Below are positions 36,602-45,322 of a stretch of 64,000 nucleotides of DNA, piece by piece; position 1 is the first letter of the stretch; the number at the start of each line of letters is the position of its first letter. Below the pieces are notes generated by a model. The model was not told the DNA's origin and searched no databases. It worked only from the letters and a program-made list of their open reading frames with translations. The position numbers were made by a program, and so were the translations under genes. The stretch is from a virus. Lineage: Duplodnaviria; Caudoviricetes. The stretch lies in IMG/VR virus record IMGVR_UViG_3300042542_006078. One strand, given 5' to 3'.

Positions 36602-37293
36602 CTCTCAATGCCTTAGAAATCCGTCCAAAGTTGACGGGGCAGAATTGCTGTGAGTATCCAAAATGGATTTGAGGCTCGCAATGCCTTAGAAATCCGTCCT
36701 TGGTTGACGGTGTCCTTCAGAGCGAGCAAAGTTTCCCAAGAAATACTCTCAATGCCTTAGAAATCCGTCCAAAGTTGACGGCGTGATTCCCTTGTGCAGA
36801 TTGGGCGGCACGGGCACTCTCAATGCCTTAGAAATCCGTCCAAAGTTGACGGCTGATCTCCATTTCTGATTGACGGGCATCAGCGGCACTCGCAATGCCT
36901 TAGAAATCCGTCCAAAGTTGACGGGACAGCGGACCTAAAGCGATGGCGAAAAACTTACAAACTCGCAATGCCTTAGAAATCCGTCCAAAGTTGACGGTCG
37001 TAATAGAGGGGGACTGTTGCCCCGTCCTCAATTGCTCGCAATGCCTTAGAAATCCGTCCTTGGCTGACGGGAAACTGGTTGATATGCTATCGATTCGAGT
37101 GTATTTCTCGCAATGCCTTAGAAATCCGTCCAAAGTTGACGGGTTAGGTGTCATCCCGATCCATCCTACAGGTTGGAGACCTCTCAATGCCTAAGAAATC
37201 CGTCCATAGTTGACGGACGGTACTCTGATAAGGACTGCCAGAACCCAACCGATAGTACTCTCAATGCCTAAGAAATCCGTTCAAAGTTGACGG
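36602..37293 (+). CRISPR. CRISPR array: 10 repeats of 36 nt, 9 spacers of 35-41 nt
   Basis: Consensus CTC(T/G)CAATGCCTTAGAAATCCGTCCAAAGTTGACGG; repeats start at 36602, 36675, 36746, 36817, 36889, 36962, 37035, 37107, 37181, 37258. Confidence 0.99.
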
Positions 37294-37333
37294 ATAGACG
37301 GAAGAAATGTGGCAAAATTATTTTATTTGCAAT

Positions 37334-37388
37334 TGTAAATAATTTTTTATTACAAGTGTAAATAATTTTTTATTACAAGTGTAAATAA
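37334..37388 (+). repeat. 23-bp tandem repeat carrying three TAAATA motifs
   Basis: TGTAAATAATTTTTTATTACAAG x2 plus partial third copy. Confidence 0.85.
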
Positions 37389-37419
37389 ATCATACATCCC
37401 CTTACGCTTGGAGAAAAAA

Positions 37420-38046
37420 ATGCAGAGTTTTAGTGAATTCTTAAATAGAAAAAAAGGCAACTCTCTTGCGGAATCAATTGTTCGCAGTGGAATTGATTCA
37501 GAATTTTTTTGCGAGACTGTCACGAACGCAGCTAGAAGAGTGAATCCCAGAGATCCTCGTGCTGTTGACAGAATTGTTGAAACTGTTTACAACGAGTTCC
37601 TCGGCAGGATGCTAGGTGGTCTTGGAAATGTTCTGGGAAAGAGTGCTGCTCAATCAACATTCGGCACAAAAACCGCCGCTGCTGCTGGTAGCAAGGCCCT
37701 TCAAGCTGGTCAGTATCTTGGCGGCAAGGCCCTTCAAGCTGGTCAGTATCTTGGCGACAAGGCCGTTCAAGCTGGTCAGGCAATCAAGCAAAGCGCCCAA
37801 AATATTGGCGACAATTACATGCAAGGCGCTCAAGTTGCTCAATTGAATAAGGTCAAAGGTCAAGTTGAAAACATGAAGCAAAACTTGGTACAAATTTTAG
37901 GAAACTATGGTATGACATCAGGATTTACCGACAATATTAACAAACAACTCGACTCACTGTCTAAAAAGCTTCAGCAAATTCTTGATCAAGTTTCCCAAGA
38001 CGCAACTCTCCGTGCTGGTCCCGGTGGAGTTAAGCCTGTAAGGTAA
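37420..38046 (+). CDS. Candidate virion internal protein with 11-aa repeats
   Basis: MQSFSEFL...SLAE; KALQAGQYLGG-type repeats (33-bp units, 37692-37779). Confidence 0.7.
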   Translation: MQSFSEFLNRKKGNSLAESIVRSGIDSEFFCETVTNAARRVNPRDPRAVDRIVETVYNEFLGRMLGGLGNVLGKSAAQSTFGTKTAAAAGSKALQAGQYLGGKALQAGQYLGDKAVQAGQAIKQSAQNIGDNYMQGAQVAQLNKVKGQVENMKQNLVQILGNYGMTSGFTDNINKQLDSLSKKLQQILDQVSQDATLRAGPGGVKPVR

Positions 38047-38101
38047 TATTCGTTAATTTGACAGAAAAATACATATACATTTATAACAATCTATATTAAT
38101 T

Positions 38102-38137
38102 AGTAAAGCCGTCATCTAGGTGACGGCTTTACTTTTT
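38102..38137 (+). terminator. Intrinsic terminator
   Basis: AGTAAAGCCGTCA-TCTAGG-TGACGGCTTTACT followed by T tract. Confidence 0.8.
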
Positions 38138-38211
38138 GGCCAATTCGATGTAATTTGCTTTTGTTCATTTTTTAAGAAACAAGTTTCCGATTAGCGGTTA
38201 GGAGCAAATTA

Positions 38212-38616
38212 ATGTTGTCAATCATCAATAGAATTGCCTTTTTTGCTGGTCAAATTAGTTCTCGTTTGGGTTTGGCTTCCTTTCCATCTGCCAATTCACA
38301 AAAATCACCGTTAGAATCTGATAGCAAGATTGATGTTAATATTCCTGATTACGGTAAGGATTCCATCTTAAATCCTGAAGCTCAAATGAATGATATTGCT
38401 TATAAAACTAAAATTCTGGTTGATGAAATCAATGAAGAAAAAAACAAGTTGATGTCACAAGTTTATTGTTCAGATTCTGATAAAATTAGAATTCAAGATT
38501 TGGATCAAAAGGAAAGGGAAGTAATGCAAGAGCGCAGGAGGATCATGGAATTGATCCGAAATGATTTTGGCATGCCTTCTAGTTGTGATTTATCTTCTGT
38601 TAATTGGAGGATTTAG
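38212..38616 (+). CDS. Hypothetical protein
   Basis: 134 aa, SD AGGAG. Confidence 0.65.
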   Translation: MLSIINRIAFFAGQISSRLGLASFPSANSQKSPLESDSKIDVNIPDYGKDSILNPEAQMNDIAYKTKILVDEINEEKNKLMSQVYCSDSDKIRIQDLDQKEREVMQERRRIMELIRNDFGMPSSCDLSSVNWRI

Positions 38617-38628
38617 AAAAAAAGTTGT

Positions 38629-40092
38629 TTGAAAGATTTAGAAAATAGCAATAAGATGACTGGAAGGGTTATTGGCATGGACATGAAAGAAGTGTCAATG
38701 AAGATGGAGATTACCGGCTACGAACATCTTCATCTTCATTCGGATTTTTCAACCTTGGATGGATTCGGCCAAGTTGAAGAGTATTGTGTCCGTGCGCCGA
38801 AAATTAATCAAAATTTTCTTACTATTTCTGATCACGGGATGATGGGAGCGGTTCCTCGTCAAATTAAAGGATGTGAAAAGATCAATGACAAACTTGGTAA
38901 GGATACTTTGTCCCCAATTTTTGCAGTTGAGTTATATGTAAATCGCTTGCAAACTGAGATGACGGAAGAGAATGAAGGTAAGAAAATATATTCAAGCCTT
39001 ACTGAAATAGAACAAAACGAGTTCAAAAGTAGCAGCCATCTTCTTGCTATAGCTACAAATCAAGAAGGATATAAGAACCTTGTTCGCTTGTCGTCATGGG
39101 GTTGGACAAAAGGATTTTATCGTCGCCCCAGAGTCAATTATGAACAAATTAAAAAATACAAGGAAGGAATTATTTTTACTTCTTGCTGTTATGCAAGCGA
39201 GATAGGAAGAGCATTTGAAAGAGGTGGGGAAGACGAAGCGAACAATATGATTGAAAGATATATTGAAATGTTCGGTAAGGAACATTTTTATCTTGAGATT
39301 ATGCTTCTCGATTTTAAGAAGCAAAAGCCTTATGACAAATTTATTGTTAAGGCAAAAGAGCGATATGGATTGAAAATTATACTTTCAAATGATGTCCATT
39401 ATTGCAACAAAGAGGATAGTCATTATCAAAGATTGATGCTGATGATTCAGACAAATCGTACAATTGCTGAAATTGAAAAGGCATTAAAAGAAGATTCGGA
39501 TCAAGATTTTTTTGAGTTGCAGGATGCCAATCTTTGGATGAAGAGTGAAGAAGAATTAAATGCAAAGTGGTTGTCAGATTATGCGGACACTATTCCTTAT
39601 GAAATATTCTGCGAGGCAAAGAGAACTACTGTTGATATTTGCAGGAAAGCAAAAGGTGTTCAGCTTGATAGGAGCTTAAAGTTGCCTGTCATTCCTGATG
39701 GTGATGATAAGCTTAAAGAGGAAATTATGATTGGTTTCCAAAGTCGTGGATTGCCTAAAAATAGAGAATATTTAGATAGAATAAAAGAAGAATATAGTCT
39801 TATTACGAGGAAGGGATTTACAAGTTACTTTCTAATACAAAAGATGATGACAGATGAGGCTAGAAGGGTTTGTCGTGATATTTTGGGTTTTGGTGATGGT
39901 TCACAGGCTGTTGGTCCGGGTCGTGGGAGTTGTTGTGGTTCCCTTATTTGTTATTGTCTTGGAATCACAAGTGTTGATCCAGTTCGTGAAGGATTGCTTT
40001 TCAGTCGCTTTATGAGTGAAGCTCGTGGAGGCAGAAGTCTTAAATTGGAGTTCAGCAATATTGACCCCTTGCCTCCTGATGAGTTGTCTTAA
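38629..40092 (+). CDS. dnaE: DNA polymerase III alpha, N-terminal part (PHP domain plus GS-motif segment)
   Basis: HLHLHS, SDHG, AVELY, SNDVHY, SYFL, GPGRGS, LGITSVDP, LLFSRF; ends before the PDxDxD motif. Confidence 0.9.
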   Translation: MKDLENSNKMTGRVIGMDMKEVSMKMEITGYEHLHLHSDFSTLDGFGQVEEYCVRAPKINQNFLTISDHGMMGAVPRQIKGCEKINDKLGKDTLSPIFAVELYVNRLQTEMTEENEGKKIYSSLTEIEQNEFKSSSHLLAIATNQEGYKNLVRLSSWGWTKGFYRRPRVNYEQIKKYKEGIIFTSCCYASEIGRAFERGGEDEANNMIERYIEMFGKEHFYLEIMLLDFKKQKPYDKFIVKAKERYGLKIILSNDVHYCNKEDSHYQRLMLMIQTNRTIAEIEKALKEDSDQDFFELQDANLWMKSEEELNAKWLSDYADTIPYEIFCEAKRTTVDICRKAKGVQLDRSLKLPVIPDGDDKLKEEIMIGFQSRGLPKNREYLDRIKEEYSLITRKGFTSYFLIQKMMTDEARRVCRDILGFGDGSQAVGPGRGSCCGSLICYCLGITSVDPVREGLLFSRFMSEARGGRSLKLEFSNIDPLPPDELS

Positions 40093-40886
40093 ACGCCAAT
40101 TCCAGTTATTGTAACTTCACCAGTAGATGAGTTAAAATTAACTACGAGTCTTTTCTCGCTGGCCTTTCTATTTATTGTTTTTAATTTTTCTTCAATTGAT
40201 TTTTTGTTTCCCGTAACTGTCAATTTGCCAACTTTTCCTTCAAGTGCGTCATCGATTGCAATATCGACTGCTGATTTTTGAAGATTTGGTCGAATTACGG
40301 CAGATGGAATTGGTGGAGATTCGGTTTGTTCTCCGCATTGCAGTCTTAACATTTCTGATTCATCTCTTCTGATTTTGACATTCATGTCGTCATCTATGAT
40401 GTTTTTTATTTCTGGAGCAGTTGTTATGTCTTCTTCATTTGGCAACATCCAATAATTGGGCATATTTGCCAATATGGTATTTGCTGTTAGTTTCATTTGT
40501 TTCCATAGTTCAACAAGAAGACTAAGACTTTTGCATCTGCTGATATTTCCAATTCGTTGATTCTCTTCGATTGCTTGCCATACTGCGTCATAGTTTGTAA
40601 GCTGATGTCTTATTGAGGTGGCAAAAACCCTGTTTGGTCTTCCTATTCCTCTTTTCTTTTTTTTCATTTGTTCTGCAAGTTCTTTTTTGTATTGTTCCAT
40701 TGCGTGATTGTGAATATTTTTTACAGATATATCTTGATATCTGCTTGTGTCGATGCTAAGTCTTTTGGCAATCTTGAAATCTGGTATTGGTTTTACGGAT
40801 TCTCTGGACCCAGTTCTTGCTTCATGAAGAAGCATGTTGAAATCAAGGGTTTCCCTTACTGCCAGCCATTCTATAAAGCTTTTCAT
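40089..40886 (-). CDS. Candidate virion internal protein
   Basis: MKSFIEWL...LHEA; TAAATA 4 nt before ATG. Confidence 0.65.
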   Translation of the reverse strand: MKSFIEWLAVRETLDFNMLLHEARTGSRESVKPIPDFKIAKRLSIDTSRYQDISVKNIHNHAMEQYKKELAEQMKKKKRGIGRPNRVFATSIRHQLTNYDAVWQAIEENQRIGNISRCKSLSLLVELWKQMKLTANTILANMPNYWMLPNEEDITTAPEIKNIIDDDMNVKIRRDESEMLRLQCGEQTESPPIPSAVIRPNLQKSAVDIAIDDALEGKVGKLTVTGNKKSIEEKLKTINRKASEKRLVVNFNSSTGEVTITGIGV

Positions 40887-40893
40887 GTCATAT

Positions 40894-41733
40894 TTAGAAG
40901 CTTTGTTTGATTTTTTTTACAACATATTTTGGATCAACAGTTTGATTGAATGTAATGATTCTGAAATTATTTGGGTCACAACATGGCGCACTTGATGGAT
41001 TATATTCAAGTATTTCTTGAATTTTATAAATGAAATTAATTGCGTATCTTTGCCACATGATCACTTTTAGCACATTGTTATCAGATGGATAAAGTAAAAT
41101 CATTCTTGGATGATTTATCGATCCTGCATAGTGAGTTGTTCCTGTATCGCATCCGATATAATATTTAGATTTTTCTATGTATTTGAAAGTTGTGTAAATA
41201 TTGTCGCTAAAGACGACTCGTCTGTCTTTTAATTTGAATTCATTTTTTTTATTGGAGTCAATGATACAAATTGAATTTGGAAAATTAAGTAGAATTTGTT
41301 GAAAAACTTCTTCGGAATTTTTCAATTCTCTTTCAAAGTAATAATTTGGTTTTATGTATGGAATAAACACACAGTCAAATTCAATTTTTGAATTGTCATA
41401 TTTTATTTGGCTTTCAGTATAAAACTTATTTGCTCTAAGGAATGGTGCCCAATTCCAGACACCGACAAGATCGATAGTTGTATTTTCCTCAGAATTATTT
41501 CTTACAAAATTGACTATGTTTTCTGGAAAAACATTAAGCATGGAAATGTAACGGTTTCCGTCTTGATAATTTATATTTATTTTTTTTGTTTTAAGATATT
41601 TGTAGAGTGCGCTTAGTTGTATTTCGTCGCCAATTCTATTTGCAGTATTACATTCAAATATTTTGCCTTTGATGATTGCGCTTTCCCACGCTTCTTTTTG
41701 ATCTTTGAATCTTTGTTCTATGATTTCTAGCAT
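40894..41733 (-). CDS. GT9-like glycosyltransferase
   Basis: NRIGDEIQL, YIGCDTGTTHYAG. Confidence 0.7.
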   Translation of the reverse strand: MLEIIEQRFKDQKEAWESAIIKGKIFECNTANRIGDEIQLSALYKYLKTKKININYQDGNRYISMLNVFPENIVNFVRNNSEENTTIDLVGVWNWAPFLRANKFYTESQIKYDNSKIEFDCVFIPYIKPNYYFERELKNSEEVFQQILLNFPNSICIIDSNKKNEFKLKDRRVVFSDNIYTTFKYIEKSKYYIGCDTGTTHYAGSINHPRMILLYPSDNNVLKVIMWQRYAINFIYKIQEILEYNPSSAPCCDPNNFRIITFNQTVDPKYVVKKIKQSF

Positions 41734-41744
41734 GATTAAAAATT

Positions 41745-41783
41745 AAAAAAATAAGGGGGAAATTAATCTTCTCCCCCTTATTT
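41745..41783 (-). terminator. Intrinsic terminator
   Basis: AAATAAGGGGGA/TCCCCCTTATTT stem with T tract on the minus strand. Confidence 0.75.
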
Positions 41784-41814
41784 AAGTAATTAAATTTTTT
41801 TTGTCAACATTAAT

Positions 41815-42591
41815 TTACTCGTCTTCATCTTCGTCTTCGTCTTCTTCCTCATCTTCCTCATCTTCGTCTTCATATTCTTCGTCTTCTTCCTCATCTTCCT
41901 CATCTTCCTCATCTTCGTCTTCTTCTTCATCTTCGTCATCTTCATCTGATGCCACTACTTCAAAGATGGATTGGTTAAGTTTGCGATTGAAAGATTCGTT
42001 TTGAGTGATGAGTTCGGCAATAAAGTTGATAGTTTCTGGTTGTTCGGCCATTACAGCTATGAATGTTTCGAGAAGTCCACATCTTTTCATTTCCAAGACT
42101 GCATCAAGGACATACTGTGAATTGTCTTTGCAAACTGCGAATGTTTCTTTTAATGCTGCATATGCGTTGGATGGTGATGTTGTGAGTCCCGACAATCTTT
42201 CGTTGCGAATTTTCTTGGTGAATTCGGCCAAGCTAAGATTTTTGTTCTTATTGAGCCACTCCATGGTTGTTTTCTTGGGATAATCGCTGACAACTTTATT
42301 GTCTACTCCGTGTGCAGTTTTTGGCATGTTTTCGTAGCCCTTGCCGCCTTTATAGCCAAGACCATCAGAAGCGAATCCTTTATTTGGATCAGGAGCATCT
42401 TTGCCTCCCTTATAAGGTGATACAGATCCTGATTGTTTTACTCCACCTGCATTGGTGGGGAAAGCGCCAAGTTTGGGAGATGATCCATATGGTCCTTCAT
42501 AGTCTGGGACAAGTTGTGTTTTTGCTTTAGTGCCTTTTTCATTGGCTTTTTCACGCATGGATTCAATATAACGCTGAAAATTTTGTCTCAT
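41815..42591 (-). CDS. Protein with poly-Asp/Glu C-terminal tail (candidate internal/core protein)
   Basis: MRQNFQRYIE N-terminus; about 40-residue D/E tail; SD CGGAG. Confidence 0.75.
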   Translation of the reverse strand: MRQNFQRYIESMREKANEKGTKAKTQLVPDYEGPYGSSPKLGAFPTNAGGVKQSGSVSPYKGGKDAPDPNKGFASDGLGYKGGKGYENMPKTAHGVDNKVVSDYPKKTTMEWLNKNKNLSLAEFTKKIRNERLSGLTTSPSNAYAALKETFAVCKDNSQYVLDAVLEMKRCGLLETFIAVMAEQPETINFIAELITQNESFNRKLNQSIFEVVASDEDDEDEEEDEDEEDEEDEEEDEEYEDEDEEDEEEDEDEDEDE

Positions 42592-42607
42592 GTGATTTTT
42601 CTCCGTC

Positions 42608-42636
42608 TGAATACCGTCATCTTATGATGGGTTTAT
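42608..42636. repeat. Degenerate repeat-like hairpin C
   Basis: Plus strand TGAATA-CCGTC-ATCTTAT-GATGG; minus strand ATAAAC-CCATC-ATAAGAT-GACGG, 22 nt before ATG 42591. Confidence 0.45.
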
Positions 42637-42684
42637 AAAACTATATAATGTTTAATTTTCAAAAATTTAACTAAATAATCTTAC

Positions 42685-43038
42685 GGGGCCGTATTTAGAA
42701 TTCGATTCGGATGGACGGCTTGCAAGTGGCATGTAGAGGTTGGTTAGAAGGCCTCTTAAAAATCTAACCAAAGCCTTAACTGGCGAAACTGTTTACTCTT
42801 TGGCTGCATAAGTGCAACCACAGACTTAGGTAGCAATGCTAGTAGCGACCGAAAGTTTGATGTAAAATCTGGCTGGTCACATGTAGTTCAACGGGCAAGT
42901 GACGAGATTAAGTTGATAGAGCTTGGATGGGGTTTATTTGTTGTTCCCTTCAAGTCCACAATAAACAATAAGATAAACATGTAGATGCTTGCAGACAGTT
43001 ATGCGAAGACAGCGGGGCAGGTCCGCTCGGCTCCACCA
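42685..43038 (+). ncRNA. ssrA: tmRNA (transfer-messenger RNA), 354 nt
   Basis: GGGGCCG/CGGCTCC-A-CCA acceptor with G3.U; helix 2; pseudoknot 1 (AGAGG/CCTCT with TGGTTAGA/TCTAACCA); tag ORF 42782-42811 = (A)GETVYSLAA*. Confidence 0.93.
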
Positions 43039-43097
43039 TATACTTGCTTATTATTCTATGTTGGTCTAAAATTGATTAGGCCAACATGGAATAAAAA

Positions 43098-44318
43098 ATG
43101 AAAATATCTCTTTTCACGCCAACTCATGACACCAAGTATATCCAGAGACTCTATCAGACAATTCGTCGTCAAACTTATCATGATTGGGAATGGGTTATTT
43201 GCCCCAATAATGGCGCTGTTGTTGATATAAAGGATGATCCAAGAGTAAAGATTTATCCTTGTTCTGGATCAACGAATATTGGATATCTGAAAAAATATGC
43301 ATGTTCTAAATCAAAAGGTGATATTGTCATGGAAGTTGACCATGATGATGAATTGTTTCCAACAGCACTTGAAGAGTGCGCCAAGGCATTTGAAGATTCA
43401 ACTGTTGACTTCGCTTATTCTAATTGTTGTGATGTGCAGGAAAATTATGAGCCAAGATTTTTCAGTGAAAAGTTTGGCTGGGTCAATAGACCTTGTTTGT
43501 ACGAAGGAAAACAACTGGTTGAAATGGTAGCTTTTTCTCCAGATCCTGCAAGTATAAGTAAAATCTGGTACGCTCCCAATCATTTTAGGGCATGGAGAAA
43601 ATCATTTTATGATCGAATTGGTGGTCACGATGAAACAATGGATGTTTTAGATGATCAGGACATAATGTGCAGAACTTACATTGAAGGAAAAATGTTTCAC
43701 ATAGATAAGCCTCTCTATGTTTACCACCTTCATCCTCAGAACACTTGCTATGGCGAAAAAAATGCTAAAATTCAAGATTTATGCGTTGAATTACATGATA
43801 AGTATATTTACAAATTGGTTGAAAAATGGTGCGATAATAACAACTTGAAGAAGATCGACCTTTGTGGCGGTTTTGATAAGCCATTTGGGTATGAGAGTGT
43901 CGATTTGTCTAGCGCCGATATTACAGCCGATTTGAATGAAAGATGGCCTTTTGAGGATGGTAGCGTTGGTGTTTTTAGGGCTCACGATGCTTTGGAACAT
44001 CTTAAAGACCCGATTCATGCCATGAAGGAAGCATATCGTTGCCTTGCTCCAAATGGTTGGTTTTTGACCCAAACACCAAGCACAGATGGGCGTGGGGCTT
44101 TTCAAGACCCGACTCATGTTTCTTTCTGGAATAGCAATAGTTTCTGGTATTACACTCGGGCAGAACAGGCCAAATATATTGGAACTCCAGTTAGGTTTCA
44201 GTTAAACAGAATTAAGAATTTCTATCCAAGTGATTGGCATAAATTTCATCAAATATTGTATGTCAAGGCGGATTTGTTGAAGTTTGATGGTCGTGTTGCT
44301 GGCGGTGTTGAAATATAA
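43098..44318 (+). CDS. GT2 glycosyltransferase fused to a SAM-dependent methyltransferase
   Basis: SLFTPTH, EVDHDD, LDDQD; IDLCGG, AHDALEHL, PSTDGRGAFQDPTH. Confidence 0.88.
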   Translation: MKISLFTPTHDTKYIQRLYQTIRRQTYHDWEWVICPNNGAVVDIKDDPRVKIYPCSGSTNIGYLKKYACSKSKGDIVMEVDHDDELFPTALEECAKAFEDSTVDFAYSNCCDVQENYEPRFFSEKFGWVNRPCLYEGKQLVEMVAFSPDPASISKIWYAPNHFRAWRKSFYDRIGGHDETMDVLDDQDIMCRTYIEGKMFHIDKPLYVYHLHPQNTCYGEKNAKIQDLCVELHDKYIYKLVEKWCDNNNLKKIDLCGGFDKPFGYESVDLSSADITADLNERWPFEDGSVGVFRAHDALEHLKDPIHAMKEAYRCLAPNGWFLTQTPSTDGRGAFQDPTHVSFWNSNSFWYYTRAEQAKYIGTPVRFQLNRIKNFYPSDWHKFHQILYVKADLLKFDGRVAGGVEI

Positions 44319-44341
44319 TTTTTTGTTTAGGACATATTTTT

Positions 44342-45322
44342 ATGAGGCAAGTGGACATTCCTATGTACAAACCAAATAGTCAAGCTTCTTCTTCTCTTAA
44401 GAAATTGTTTGAATATAGATCAGATGGAGATTTTGATGCTTTTGATGATGAAAAAATATCATATTATAATCAATGGTCTACTTCTGATAGCATTCATTTT
44501 TTGCCAACTGCTACAACTGTAAAGCAATTGGTGCCCGGAACATATGATATAAAAAGCAGTCAGGCAAATGGCATTTACTTTGAGAAAATACCAGTAGTAA
44601 CTCATGGTATTATTCGATTTCCAGAAACAAACTCAGAAAAAATTGTGTTGGAGATTCAAAAGTTTTGGGAAAGGGAAAAGCTATTCCGTGATTATAGGCT
44701 CACCTATAAAAGGGGAGTGATGCTTTATGGGCCTCCCGGTTCTGGCAAGACTTCAGCCATACAACTTGTTATGCGTGATGTCATCGAGAGAGGTGGAGTT
44801 GTAATTAATTTCTTGAGTCCCGGTCTTTTTCTGGCTGGGATTAGGAAGTTCAGGGAAATACAGCCAGAAACTCCAATTGTAGTCTTGATGGAGGACATAG
44901 ATTCGATTATAGAGATAAACTCCGAGAGTGAAGTTTTGAATGTTTTGGACGGTGTGAATCAAATAGAAAAGGCAGTATTTCTTGCGACAACTAATTATCC
45001 TGAGAGATTGGGAGATAGGATAATTAATCGTCCAAGTCGATTTGACAAAAGATTCAAAATAGGACATCCCAACCCCGAGAGCCGACATCTTTATCTTGAG
45101 TTCATCATGGGAGGATCTGAAAAAGTAAAGGAAATGCAAATTAATTTGGAAAAATGGGTTGAGGATACGGAAGATTTTTCTCTTGCTCATCTCAAGGAAT
45201 TGTTTGTTGCTGTCGTGATTCTTGGCGATCATTATGATGATGCTTTACAAACATTAATGTTGATGCGTGAAGAGAATTTGTCGTCTAGTGATGACAACAC
45301 AAGAAAGAAAATGGGGTTTTGA
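44342..45322 (+). CDS. AAA+ ATPase (single domain, BCS1-like)
   Basis: LYGPPGSGKT, LMEDID, LNVLDGV, ATTNYPERL, RPSRFD. Confidence 0.9.
   Translation: MRQVDIPMYKPNSQASSSLKKLFEYRSDGDFDAFDDEKISYYNQWSTSDSIHFLPTATTVKQLVPGTYDIKSSQANGIYFEKIPVVTHGIIRFPETNSEKIVLEIQKFWEREKLFRDYRLTYKRGVMLYGPPGSGKTSAIQLVMRDVIERGGVVINFLSPGLFLAGIRKFREIQPETPIVVLMEDIDSIIEINSESEVLNVLDGVNQIEKAVFLATTNYPERLGDRIINRPSRFDKRFKIGHPNPESRHLYLEFIMGGSEKVKEMQINLEKWVEDTEDFSLAHLKELFVAVVILGDHYDDALQTLMLMREENLSSSDDNTRKKMGF

Noticed and set aside
36900-37194. ORFs of 95 and 83 aa over the array
   Set aside because: Artefacts of repeat-spacer sequence.
36638-37257. Self-targeting spacers within the window
   Set aside because: Only short (about 10 nt) matches noticed, for example spacer 7 near 43513; an exhaustive alignment could not be run.
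38109-38126. CCGTC-N8-GACGG as another solitary repeat
   Set aside because: Loop is 8 nt, the 5' flank is paired within a 13-bp stem followed by a T tract, and it lies after a gene end. A terminator explains it, though shared ancestry with the repeat is not excluded.
41801-42004. Poly-Ser ORF and other short antisense ORFs in the track
   Set aside because: Shadows of real genes on the opposite strand or frame, with no SD or motifs.
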